Shown here: positions 41,472-54,885 of the stretch, in pieces
Layout: each line of letters opens with the position of its first letter
How positions within the stretch are numbered: the first letter of the stretch is position 1
Assembly: GCA_964016885.1 (NCBI GenBank)
Contig: OZ024740.1
Location: 335,792,001 to 335,856,000, forward strand
Source of the DNA: Eledone cirrhosa
Lineage: Eukaryota
Direction of reading: 5' to 3'
DNA length: 64,000 nucleotides
The notes under the pieces: model-generated
The model's input: only the letters and a program-made list of their open reading frames with translations
Told to the model about the DNA's origin: nothing
Database searches by the model: none
Position numbers and translations under genes: made by a program

Positions 41472-44400
41472 ATGGCAAAACGTACAAGTCTCCTTCGACC
41501 AAATCGCAACTACAACCGTTGTATACAGTGGAGCTACGAGCTTAACAAAGAATTATATGAAGCATACAAACAATCTGAACCCCAAAAGTTCGGTTTTATG
41601 CAAAGGCTAAAAACTTTATGGAACTCCAAACACCCAGAATTAGACTTTTCTCCAAAGCATTTAAATGAACAGGCAAAACGTATCATTAGATGTAAATTGA
41701 TACTTCTAACGGAATCGAGTGATACTACAAATACAGCCCTTGTAGACAACCACCCCACCTCCACTGACAGACAAAGAGAATGACCAGCTAAATCTAACAG
41801 TGAACAGCTCACCAACAATTTTGCTGAAATCCATCCCATTTCCACTGAAGAAGAGCGAGAATGGTCAGCTAACTCTAGTAGTAATTGTCACCACATCAAC
41901 AACGAGGCTGGAATTCATGACTCTACTGTACAAACAGAACACCAAAATCTTGTGGACACCTTACAAGTGAAATGGGACGATATGTTTCAAGAGATACACA
42001 GCCTTAATGTGAGTGACAGACCATACAACACCAGAATCAGTAAAGAACCCACTAAATTGGAATTGGAAGCGGTGAACGAAATAGCTGACAATTATCAGAA
42101 GACTATACGATGTAAAGGTGTAGAAACGACATTTGAAACGCTTAACATTTTGTTATATGTTTCAGCTGTCACATCGCTATCATATAACAAACATCTAAAA
42201 CCACGCAATCAAGATACAAACAAAAGGCCTGACCAGTGTGGATGCGAAATTTAAAAAGCAAAATTTTGTCCCTGAGACGAAGTATCTCACACATTGCAGT
42301 CGTTATGAAATGCAACATAGAGAGCAACTTCACACGACACCAGGAAGAACTAAAAAGGTTAGAGAGACGATTTGGAGATACAAAATTTAAAACTTTAAAC
42401 TCCAAATTACATCAGTTGGAACAACAACTCACAGCTACAACAGAAAGACTAAAATATAAGTCATAGCACATAAACGACAAGTGCTAAATAGATTATTTGC
42501 CAGAGATCCTAAATCAGTTTATCGCAACTTCAGTGACAAAAGCTCAATCTCTGTAAATGACACCCCTTCAAAAGAACAGGTTGAGAGCTACTGGAGATCT
42601 ATATGGGAAACGGATGACGGATTCAACAGACAAACTAATTGGCTAAAAGAACTAGAACAGGACTACTGCCAACATGTCCAGACAAAACAATATGACATAG
42701 ATGGGTCAATACTGGAAACAGCTCTACAGAAAATGTCGAATAGGAAATGACCAGGCCCAGACCTCATTACAGGATACTGGTTGAAGAATTTCACTTACTA
42801 TCGGCAAGATCTCATACGGCTGTTCACAGAAACCATTAAAGGCACACAAGAACTGCCCAGATGGTTATCAACTGCCACTACTCTCCTCATTCCCAAAAAT
42901 AGCCAAACCACCTTTGCTAAAAATTACCGCCCAATAGCCTGCCAAAACATCATGTATAAATTATATACTGGGTGCCTTAACCTGTTCTTACAGGATCATT
43001 GTGCTACCAACAACATCATGACACCTGAGCAAGCTGATGGAAAGAGGGAGGTGTGGGGTTGCATAGATCACCTACTAACTAATAAAATGATTCAAGAAAA
43101 AACAACAAAGAATCGCAGAAACTTGACTGTGGTGTGGCTGGACTATCAAAAAGCATTTGATAGTGTACCTCATGGGTGGATTGTTAAGGCTTTACAGTTA
43201 GCCAAAGTCCCACAACCACTGGTAGCTGCTGTTGAACGTCTGACCAAGAACTGGTACACCAATTTGATCCTTAGAGGTGAGAAGGAGCAAATTAAGACTG
43301 ATAAGATACATTACCAGAAAGGCATCTTTCAGGGTGATGGGCCAGTTGTATGGGCCAAATATCAATGACATCAAGAAACAATTGGACCTCATTACACAAT
43401 TTTCAACAGACATCAAAATGAAATTTGGTGAGTCCAAGTGTGCATATTTGGCAGTAAAACGTGGAAGAGCTGCTCTAGAAATCTAGAGATGAACGGCCTG
43501 ACAATACATATACAGTCAGGTGACAACTACAGATATCTTGGACAGGATGAGAATGTCAGATATGATGGACCCATAAATAAGGAGAGAACCAGAACTGAAT
43601 ACATCAGAAGAGTAAAGAAAATATGGTCATCAGAACTGTCAGCGTACAACAAATACTGATGCTGTGCCAATTCTAACGCCAACATTTGACCTGCTGAACT
43701 GGTCATTGCAAGAACTAAGTGAGATGGATGTTAGAAGTCGCTAACTTCTCAGTGTTACTGGGAACTTTAACATCAATGGTGATGTGGATAGGCTATACTT
43801 CTCATGCAAGGAAGGAGACCCGGATAGTAACACTGAAGCAACATCTTCAACAGAGGAAAAAGGTTGGCAACCATCTTGCTCAGGTTTATGAGCATGAAAA
43901 CGAAATATCATTAGAATAGCCACTGATCTGGAGGAGAGATATGGAATAAAGCATGATATAAATCTCTCACCCAGAGAAATCGGAAGATCCTATTCAATGT
44001 TCAAACAAGATGAAAACATTGACCAATTTACAGAAAAAGTTGTGCATGGATACTTGAGACGTAAAACACAGACCATAGAGGGGATAAACCACTCAAAAAG
44101 CCTGGCATGGAGTTCCGACAAGTTTATGACATCACACATTGAGGGATATCTCTATGCAATACAGGAACAAGAACTCCCTACCAAATATCTGCTGCACAAA
44201 AGGGGAGGGCCATCAGCTGACAATAAATGTAGGCTATGTAAAACAAAGATCGAAGATGTTAGCCACATTGTTGCCAGCTGCGAAAGAATGTCATCTCGCT
44301 ACTACCTCCCCATGAGACACGATGGGATAGCTAGAACCAACTGGAACGCACTTCGGAAAACAAAATTAACAACAAACGAGGAACAATATATTGAGACAGA

Positions 44401-44860
44401 TGGCACTAAGGAATACTGGTGGAACCTGAAAATAAAAACTGCCACCAAATTAAAGCACAACCGGCCTGATATTGAAAATGTGTTCTGTTGCGGAGATCAG
44501 CTGCACACTTGAAGTAAACGTTGTCAGAAAAATACAGGAGAAGGAGGACATCTACGGACCATTGATGAGGAGTTTACAAATCCAGTATCTAAGATACACC
44601 TTTAGCTTCATACCCATAATTATTGGAGCCACGGGTTATATACCAACCCTCTTGGACCAAAGTATGACTGAACTTGGATTTGCGGACAAAGAGCGCAGCT
44701 CCCTAATTCATAGTCTACAAATGGCTGCGAAAGCTAGCACCTTCAAAATTTGCAAAACATTCTTGCGATTCAAGGGATGACAATTTCTATTCTTTTACAA
44801 CCTTGCCACCAGGAAGGTGGCCGGTCAAAAAAATATACTCGAAATTAAGAGAAAGAGATA
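41472..44860 (+). mobile_element. R4-clade RLE LINE, second family, decayed
   Basis: WSYELNKELY N-terminus, NYRPIAC, WLDYQKAFDSVPH, GIFQGD, CRLCKTKIEDVSHIVASC, RHD, HNRPDI; several stops and frameshifts; the segment carrying the RT DD motif is deleted near 43340. Confidence 0.9.
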
Positions 44861-45099
44861 ACATATATACATACAGATAATTGCATATATGTGTATGTAT
44901 ATATATATTTGAAACTACGTGTATAAATATCTTCATTCACTGATGTCTAAATAATGTTATTATAGATATATACTTTAATAAGAGTGTTTCTCTATAGCTG
45001 CATGCCTTGTGTTAATCTATGCATACCTACTCACACGATCACACTACTGTAGAATATATATGTTGATATAGATACATGTGTAGGAGTATTCGTGCGTGA

Positions 45100-45236
<137 letters not shown>

Positions 45237-46521
45237 TGTGTGTGTGTGTGTATATATATATATTAGACATACATATATGTAAATATAATATATATATGAA
45301 GGATGGGAGAGGTATAAAGAGCGAGAGAGAGAAGGATAGAAAGGGTGAACGATTACCACCATACTTGAAATGAGTTTTATATGTACGATATTTAAAGTAA
45401 CAATTCAAACTTCAGCTATTCTCCTGTGACACAGGCTTACAAAATGGCAGTGACATTATATCCTCAAAGCTGTTTTTCATGAGTGTTTGAAACTCTTTCA
45501 TCTCTCTATCTATAGGAGAAAACTAAAAGACGCATTCATAACAACCACTGTCTACACCAAACGCTCGTTTGATAAAGCGGCCATTAAACGTTGACAACGA
45601 AAAATGATTTGAAAGCATCAGGTCGTTTGTGAGCACATTGAGGGAACTTCAGTACCATTTTTGAAGTGCCATTGTATAGAAATATAGAGCATAGATCCCT
45701 CCCTACACCATACTTTGTGTGTATTCACCCTTCCTCTATACCACATCGCTGTTATCATTCTTAATTTTCCATGTTCGTTGATCGTATGTGATAGCTAGAT
45801 AACAAACATGTTCAAATTGACTGGGGAGATTCTGATATGCTTTTATGTATAGAACGTTTCAAAAGCTGCAGGAAATAGTATTGGCTTAAATAATCTATAT
45901 TAAAGTTAGGGGGAGGTGTTATAAAATACAAAAATATGTTTCATACAATATCAAACACAAAAAATAATAGATCAAAACAAACACGTTTTCTAAACAATTT
46001 ATTATGGAAATGCGGATATCCGAAGCATTGAAACTGTCCATAGAGACAACATCAACACAAATTGTTCTGATGAGGATATGTCAGGCAGAAAAGAAATCAA
46101 ATGAAAGCTGTTAAAGCTGTTTGTATGTAACAAAAACAAGTATAATAAAAACAAATTGTGTTGTAGATGCTTTTTGCTATCACCTTCTCCAACACTGCCA
46201 TAACCATTCCTCATACCTTATCCAATTAAATGCCTGTTTGCATTTTTCTATTTGTATAATCATATGTAATATAATATATGGAATATGAATGCATGGTTAC
46301 GGTTTTATATGCATAGATAGATGGATAGATAGATAGATACATACATGCATACATACATACATACATACATACATACATACATACATACATACATACATAC
46401 ATACATACATACATACATACATAAATGCATACATACATATATATATGTGGTATATATATATATATACACACATACTTTTATATATGTATAATGTAATATA
46501 AGAATAAATATGCATATCTAT

Positions 46522-46619
<98 letters not shown>

Positions 46620-46625
46620 CCATAT

Positions 46626-46681
<56 letters not shown>

Positions 46682-46840
46682 GTATATATATATATATATA
46701 TATTCAACGCCAACATTATCTATGCCATTATCATCGCTCACCATCATATTATGCATAATTAAATGTGTGTTTGCATATTTATTTACGGATGGTAAATGAT
46801 AGTTCAATTCTTGTTTACACATAGATATGCCAACCCCTTC

Positions 46841-46921
<81 letters not shown>

Positions 46922-47355
46922 TGTTCATTCGTCCCACGTATTCCGCTATTTTGTGTGCAACTATTATTTATAGGGATCATTTGCATTGAGACGCATGGCT
47001 TATAAGTTTTGTATATCTATCTATTTATCTACTTATCCATCTATACAGAGAGAGAGAGAGATTCGGAGTTACCAGTTAGGCTAGTATAACCATATACAGC
47101 TAGGTCCTTGATTCTTGGGAAAGTAGAGTGTATTTATAGTGAAACGTAGCTGCCCGATGCCTCAGCTCTTGCCTTTGAAATACAGTGCGCTCAGTCATCG
47201 AAAACTAACCTTGCATTATATATATATATAATAATACTATTTATAGTTTAAACAACTATAAACAGGAAGGTCAGTAATTTCCTAATACCTTATTACCAGT
47301 AAGAGAAATAGTTCAATGTAAGAACATCAGCTGTTTTACAGAGCAGGAAAATAAA

Positions 47356-47872
47356 TAAATTAGACAATTATCAAAGTTGTGTTCAGATCATTTAATAGCT
47401 GACAATCGTTTCTTCCAAACTCTCATTTGAATTCATCGGAGCATTATCAATGTTTGTACATGTAATTAACCTCCTATTCAACTGAACAATAATATAGATA
47501 CATATATATTGATGTTGTGAGCAATAGTTTCGTATTTACAAGGTGGAATGGATGTGACATATATTTTACGAGAATTGTACAAAAATTCAAATTAAAATTC
47601 AAATTACAGAGTGGAATACATTCAACAGATAATACAAGAGAATAGTCTAATAGTTAAAGAATAGTCTAATAATCTGTGCTTTAAATTTGAATTTGAATTT
47701 TAGTATAATTCTCGTAAAATATATGTATCTATATTATTGTTCAGTTGAAAAGGAGGTTAATTACATGTACAAACATTGATAATGCTCCGATGAATCCAAA
47801 TGAGAGTTTGGAAGAAACGATTGTCAGCTATTAAATGATTTGAACACAACTTTGATAATTGTCTAATTTATA
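47356..47872. repeat. Fold-back inverted repeat with a variant HHR in each arm
   Basis: 47356-47507 and ~47557-47606 are inverted relative to ~47680-47872; right end in (TA)n. Confidence 0.9.
47781..47832 (+). ncRNA. Minimal hammerhead with CCGAUGA core (mirror copy at 47394-47445 -)
   Basis: AATGCT-CCGATGA-A-TCCAAA tgagag TTTGGA-A-GAAAC-GATT-GTC-AGCTATT. Confidence 0.65.
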
Positions 47873-47945
47873 TATATATATATATATCGTTTCTGAATTT
47901 GTTTAGCAAGATTCTTTATCGGAAAACGTGTGTTGAAAGCGATAG

Positions 47946-48160
47946 TGTCATGCTTTGGGAGGGTCATGTTGCCAATAAGAGGTCACAGAATGTGTGACGA
48001 AAGAACTTTGACAATATATGAACAGCCGTCCGGTTATGGAACCAACCAACCAACCGGAAATTTATAAATTCTTAAATTTATAAATTTAATTTATAATAAA
48101 TTGGAGTGAAAGCAACTGGTGCGTGTGTTTCTTATTGGCAACATGACCCTCCCAAGGCAT

Positions 48161-48164
<4 letters not shown>
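47946..48164. mobile_element. Short element with 35-bp terminal inverted repeats (TGT..ACA)
   Basis: TGTCATGCTTTGGGAGGGTCATGTTGCCAATAAGA / TCTTATTGGCAACATGACCCTCCCAAGGCATAACA. Confidence 0.7.
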
Positions 48165-48221
<57 letters not shown>

Positions 48222-48260
48222 TAGATATATATATATAGATATAGATATATATATATATAT

Positions 48261-49801
48261 GAAGACAAACATAGAATATTCGAAAATATTCTGTATGTTT
48301 ATAATAAACATTTTGAAGACCCAATCGCTATAGAATAGAATACGTCACGTATTACAATTTGAGATTCTCGATAAAAGCAAGGGAAGTAATCTACGCGTTT
48401 CATTCTTATTAGAAATCATCAGGATTACATATCCAATGCTTTTATCGAGAACGACACAGCTAGAGACTTATAGAATACTTAGCTGTGTACAGGAACTGGT
48501 TTGAAAGAGCGGTAGCCGGTCCGGCAGAAATTAGAATTTGGATTTAATGCTCTGAAATAGCGATATATATGTGAAGACAAACATAGAATATTCGAAAATA
48601 TTCTGTATGTTTATAATAAACATTTTGAAGACCCAATCGCTATAGAATAGAATACGTCACGTATTACAATTTGAGATTCTCGATAAAAGCAAGGGAAGTA
48701 ATCTACGCGTTTCATTCTTATTAGAAATCATCAGGATTAAATATCCAATGCTTTTATCGAGAACGACACAGCTAGAGACTTATAGAATACTTAGCTGTGT
48801 ACAGGAACTGGTTTGAAAGAGCGGCAGCCGGTCCGGCAGAAATTAGAATTTGGATTTAATGCTCTGAAATAGCGATATATATGTGAAGACAAACATAGAA
48901 TATTCGAAAATATTCTGTATGTTTATAATAAACATTTTGAAGACCCAATCGCTATAGAATAGAATACGTCACGTATTACAATTTGAGATTCTCGATAAAA
49001 GCAAGGGAAGTAATCTACGCGTTTCATTCTTATTAGAAATCATCAGGATTACATATCCAATGCTTTTATCGAGAACGACACAGCTAGAGACTTATAGAAT
49101 ACTTAGCTGTGTACAGGAACTGGTTTGAAAGAGCGGTAGCCGGTCCGGCAGAAATTAGAATTTGGATTTAATGCTCTGAAATAGCGATATATATGTGAAG
49201 ACAAACATAGAATATTCGAAAATATTCTGTATGTTTATAATAAACATTTTGAAGACCCAATCGCTATAGAATAGAATACGTCACGTATTACAATTTGAGA
49301 TTCTCGATAAAAGCAAGGGAAGTAATCTACGCGTTTCATTCTTATTAGAAATCATCAGGATTAAATATCCAATGCTTTTATCGAGAACGACACAGCTAGA
49401 GACTTATAGAATACTTAGCTGTGTACAGGAACTGGTTTGAAAGAGCGGTAGCCGGTCCGGCAGAAATTAGAATTTGGATTTAATGCTCTGAAATAGCGAT
49501 ATATATGTGAAGACAAACATAGAATATTCGAAAATATTCTGTATGTTTATAATAAACATTTTGAAGACCCAATCGCTATAGAATAGAATACGTCACGTAT
49601 TACAATTTGAGATTCTCGATAAAAGCAAGGGAAGTAATCTACGCGTTTCATTCTTATTAGAAATCATCAGGATTAAATATCCAATGCTTTTATCGAGAAC
49701 GACACAGCTAGAGACTTATAGAATACTTAGCTGTGTACAGGAACTGGTTTGAAAGAGCGGTAGCCAGTCCGGCAGAAATTAGAATTTGGATTTAATGCTC
49801 T
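48261..49801 (-). mobile_element. Retrozyme-like tandem array, 312-bp monomer x ~4.9
   Basis: GAAGACAAAC at 48261, 48573, 48885, 49197 and 49509; one HHR per unit; (TA)n on both sides. Confidence 0.92.
48386..48428 (-). ncRNA. Minimal type I hammerhead (repeated at 48698, 49010, 49322, 49634)
   Basis: Reverse complement: GTAATC-CTGATGA-T TTCT aata AGAA T-GAA-ACGCGT-A-GATTAC; GUA site. Confidence 0.88.
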
Positions 49802-49802
49802 C

Positions 49803-49833
<31 letters not shown>

Positions 49834-49843
49834 AATAATAATG

Positions 49844-49940
<97 letters not shown>

Positions 49941-49941
<1 letters not shown>

Positions 49942-52900
49942 CAAAATGTTTAATTCCAATATTAAGAAAATTTGTCAACACATATACACGACTAACCCCA
50001 TAGATTCACCGATCAAACAAAAATACAGTCTATTCAACAAAACTCAGTAACGACAACGCCATCACTACAGTCACCGCCGCCGCCGCCCATCCATCATTAC
50101 TACCACCATCCTATCACCGCCGCCACCACTCCTTCATTGCTACCACCGCTATCCCCCCATTACCTTCTGTTAACTTACGAAAGGGGAAGGTAGCGGAATC
50201 ACTAGACAATATTAATAAACAAAATTAATATTTAATTTTGGATCAGGAATGTTAGAATCGAAAAGGAGGAAAATGACAAAATGACTAAATAACTAAATAT
50301 AAGTTCACCAATAATTTCACCACCAACACCACCACCACTACCACGATCAAAACTCTGGTCAAGTCGACTCAAACGCTATTTCTACTCCAACTTCAACACC
50401 ATCACTACAGTAATACGATCAAATCACCACCACCACTGCCTCATTATCGCTACCGCCGCTATTCTCTCCCACTGCCTCCTGCTGGTTGCTGCTAGCACAG
50501 CACCGCCACCAACACCGCCACCGCTGCCTCATTATCACTACCGCCGCTATTCTCTCCCGCTAGCCCCTGCTACATTGTAGAATCCCCCTAAAAGAGGAAG
50601 GCATCAAAATATATAAATAGACTGAATTGATGACCCGGTCAAAATCAGAAAAACAAAAATCAAAATCAAAGCAGCACAGCAACAACGAAAAACGTAAAGA
50701 AAATAAAAATGAAGAGAAAAAGTCGGACATTCAAACACTACATTACAATGAAACTTATGATTATTCATTTTTGGGGGGTTTTTTGCCTGTTTATTTGTTT
50801 GTTTATTTATGTTCGTATACAGCGTGATAATGCCACACAAAAATCACGTGGAGTGACAAAACCACCGAAGGCGATGAATTCACCGGTGGTTATGTAACCA
50901 TACATTCGCCAATCCTCGATAAGAGTTTTTAAATGTCGAACCTAAACAGTTCGAATAACGGTGAAATGGAGACTAGAATGTCATGTGACAGACTCTCACC
51001 CAACAGGTGCTCCCTGGCTCAGCAGCAGGGACCTGGCTGTCAACCAAATACTGCTGGTGTCGGAGGAAGAAGAAGAAGGAAAGGGACCAGAACCAACTGG
51101 ACGAAAGAATTGAATAGAACTGTTATGCAATGTTACCTGAAGAGTAACCTCAAGGAACTGAGCAGAGAGATTAGCTTGGAGGTGGAGGGTGGAGTATGCC
51201 AGGCAAACGAGCCAGTGGTAAATGAGGGTGAAGAGGTCGAGAGAACGGAGGAACCACCCGAAGCAGACAATGATCTGAATGCTGAGATAAATAATACCTG
51301 GAACAGAGATAGGGCCACTGAGGAGATGAATGCTGACAGGCTAGGACAAGATTTGGTTGATATCCTAAACTTAGTGGTAGATGAATTGAACAATGATAGT
51401 GGGAGACCTATGAACCTAAGATTTGTAGGCAGGAAAAAGTTAAAAGAAACAACAGCTAAGGTAAACAAAGTCATCCCATACCTTGAGGCGAGGAGCCTTC
51501 ACCATTGCAACAATATCCTCAAAGCAAAAGAAAATACGGTGAGGAAACTACTTGGTATAAAAGCGAGAGGGAACAACAGACAAGAAAGAGCAGAGCCTTG
51601 GTGGAAGAAACGACTGTGTGGTCAAATCAGGGAAATGAGAAATGACATTGGAAAGCTTGAGTCCCTACTGAATGGGACACTAAAAAACATAGACACTAAA
51701 AATAGACTGGAAATAAAGTACAAAACTAGGAGGAAAAAGCTAAATATTATCATAGAGGAACTGAAGCAACGCATTGTAGCAAAGAGTGCAAAAATCAGGC
51801 GATACGAGAATAGAGTCAGTCAGTATAGACAGAACCGCATGTTCAACAACAACCAGAAGATGCTGTTTGGACAGCTTGAAGGGAAAGAAAGAGGCAACGA
51901 CTTGATCCCTGAGGCGGAACAAACTAAAACATTCGGGAGAGGAATATGGGAGCAGGATGTTAAACATAATGACCAGGCAGTGTGGATTGAAACAGTACAG
52001 AAGGAGATTAGTGAACAGGCACACCAACAAACTGATTTGAGTATCACAGTTGAAACTCTTAAGGGGAAGGCCAAAAAACTAACCAACTGGAAACCACCAG
52101 GCCCAGATGGTGTGCAGGGGTATTGGATTAAAAATATAACATCCCTCCACCCGAAACTGACAACCATGTTCAATGACTGCTTGATGTCAGGTGAGGTACC
52201 AGAGTGGTTGACAAAAGGTACCACAGTTCTGATAATGAAAGACCGAATCAAGGGTAATGATGTTACCAACTATAGACCTATCACATGTCTGTCCGTAATG
52301 TGGAAACTGTTGACAAGCATTATGTCTGAGGAAATCTACCATCACCTCCACACAAACAACTTGTTACCGGACGAACAGAAAGGATGCCGAAAGAAGTCAC
52401 ATGGTACAAAGGACCAGTTACTTATTGATAAGATGGTAATGAGGAATATCAAGAGGAGACACACTGGTCTTGCCATGGGATGGATAGACTACAAAAAGGC
52501 ATTTGACATGGTGACTCATTCTTGGATCACCAAAAGCCTGGAGATCTTCAAGGTGGCAGATAACATCAGACAGTTGTTGGGCAAAGGTATGAAGTCCTGG
52601 GAAACAGAGTTAACATCAACTGGAAAATCCTTGGGAAGCGTGAAGATCAAGAGAGGTATCTTCCAGGGTGATAGTCTGTCCGCTCTGTTGTTTGTCCTTG
52701 CCCTGATGCCCCTGACCAGTGTACTGCGAAAAGTGAGAGCAGGATACAGGTTGAGAAAGGGAGGGCTTACCATCAATCACCTCCTCTTCATGGACGATCT
52801 TAGGCTCTTCGGGAAGAGTGAGAAGGAGTTGGATGTGCTTGTTGACACTGTCCGAATTTTCAGCAATGATATATGTATGCAATTTGGTATTAGTAAGTGT

Positions 52901-54302
52901 GGAGTCCTTGCGATGAAGACCGGTAAATTGAGCAGAAGCAACGGAATCCAGGTGCCAACAGGTGAGATGATAAAGGAAATTGAAACTGAAGAAGGATACA
53001 AGTATTTGGGTGTTCTGTAGGCTGATGACATCAAGAACAAAAAAATGAAGGAATTGATAAGAACTGAATACATTCGGAGAGTAAGGAGCGTATTAAAATC
53101 ACATCTGAACAGTAAGAATGCCATAAGTGCAGTAAATTCTCGAGCTGTGTCTATTATGAGGTACAGTGCGGGAATTCTGAGATGGAATGTTGCTGAACAA
53201 AAAGAAATGGATAGGAAGACTAGGAAGCTATTGACTATCTACAACATGTTCCACAAGAGGAGTGATGTCGATAGACTCTACTTAAGGAGATCTGAAGGTG
53301 GAAGAGGTCTTATCAGCATAGAGGACTGTGTTCAAATGGAGAAAAACAACCTACACAAATACGTTACTGATAGTAAGGAGCCAATGCTCAGAACTGTACT
53401 GAAGGAGAGGACAATAGACCAGGGGATGTCCAAGGAGGAAATAACAACAAGGAGAAAGAGTAGCCTTCAGGAAAAATCCCTTCATAGTAACTTCTTTGAG
53501 AAAACTGAATTCAGAGATCCACAGACATGGAACTGGTTGAAAAGAGGAGACCTTAAAAAGGCTACAGAAGGAATGTTAATGGCTGCGCAAGAGCAGGCCC
53601 TCAAAACGAAGTGGTTGAAACACCATATTTACAAGGAGGAGGCTAGCCCACTGTGCAGGATCTGTGGAGAGAGAGAGGAGACTGTGTCTCACATTGTATC
53701 CGAGTGTAAACACCTAGCCCAGCCTAACTATAAGGGCTGGAGACATGATGTGATAGTCAGGGTGGTCCACTGGCACCTGTGCAAAGTAAACAATTTACCA
53801 CATCTGAGAAGTGGTATGATCATAAGCCAGAGTCGGTGATAGAAAACGATCAGGTGAAGGTGCTGTGGGATTTTAGGATACAGACGGACAAGAAACTGGA
53901 TCACAATAGACCTGACCTGGTGGTTTTGGACAAAGAAAAAAGATCGTGCCTGATTGTGGATGTGGCCTGCCCATTCAACACGAGAGTGCAAGAGAAGGAG
54001 AGGGAGAAAATTAACCGATACCAGGACTTAAAGTGGGAGGTAAAAAGGATTTGGAACTGCCATGAAGTCAAAGTGGTCCCGATTGTCATAGGCGCACTAG
54101 GTACTATCTCAAAAAGTTTGCAGGGATGGTTAAAGAAAATTGGCCCCTTCACGATTTTTGGAACGCTTCAAAAGGCATGCTTGCTGGGAACAGCAAGAAT
54201 CCTCCGATACGTCCTGAATATCTGATGCTGCAGGTAGTGGCTTGATATTCATTTCAACAAACTTTCCAGTTAACTAACATTAATGACTGAGACTCAAAGA
54301 AC
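49941..54302 (+). mobile_element. Near full-length R4/Dong-like LINE between (TAA)n tracts (5' boundary uncertain)
   Basis: (AAT)n at 49829-49940 and from 54303 onward; single RT-RLE ORF inside. Dong-type elements are known to target TAA repeats. Confidence 0.85.
50933..54225 (+). pseudogene. RT plus CCHC plus restriction-like endonuclease ORF, broken by one stop and one frameshift
   Basis: PGPDG, NYRPITCL, IDYKKAFD, GIFQGDSLS, HLLFMDDL, YKYLG, CRICGEREETVSHIVSEC, RHD, RPDLVVLD; TAG at 53018 where sister copies have GAG; frameshift near 53800. Confidence 0.95.
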
Positions 54303-54344
54303 AATAATAATAATAATAATAATCATAAGCATAATCATAACAAT

Positions 54345-54498
54345 AGTAATAAATGGAAAATATATCACTATAGTATCATATTTCTTTTATTATACATATT
54401 TCTAGGATACTAAATAATAGTATTCTTTCATCAGCTAAGATACAATATTTGATGTATTAGGTAATGACATACCCAAAATAAAGACTTCAACGGTCAAC
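54345..54498 (-). mobile_element. Diverged copy of the ~175-bp HHR unit (HHR relic at 54385-54440)
   Basis: Aligns with 6025-6175. Reverse complement: CTGATGA-A-AGAATACTA ttatt TAGTATCCT-A-GAAA-TATGTA-TA; stem I decayed. Confidence 0.65.
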
Positions 54499-54540
54499 TA
54501 TATATATATATAGTATACACACATACACACACACACACAC

Positions 54541-54582
<42 letters not shown>

Positions 54583-54719
54583 GAGAGAGAGAGAGATATA
54601 TAGATATATATCCATATGTATATTGCTATATGTAGATTTACACGCATATATGTATGTTTGCATGTATGTATGCATGTTTGTATGTCTGTATGTGCAAAGT
54701 CTTTCCTGCAAAGTCTTTC

Positions 54720-54885
54720 CTCACAAAAAGCTTCAAGCACAGGCATCGCTGTATATGTGACATTTTTTATGATATATGGCATTACTGGCCATAGGCAAGT
54801 TCCTAGCAGACCTAAACATCCACGTCCGTATGCTTAACTTTCAAGCGACAACATTACTCGAAATCGAGTTGAAGCCATCATGTAT
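54720..54885 (+). mobile_element. RTE-derived element fragment
   Basis: AAAAGCTTCAAGCACAGGCATCGC and tail ACTCGAAATCGAGTTGAAGCCATCATGTATG. Confidence 0.6.

Noticed and set aside
48261-49801. CRISPR array or ordinary satellite interpretation
   Set aside because: There are no unique spacers and the context is eukaryotic; the units are full-length near-identical and each carries an HHR.
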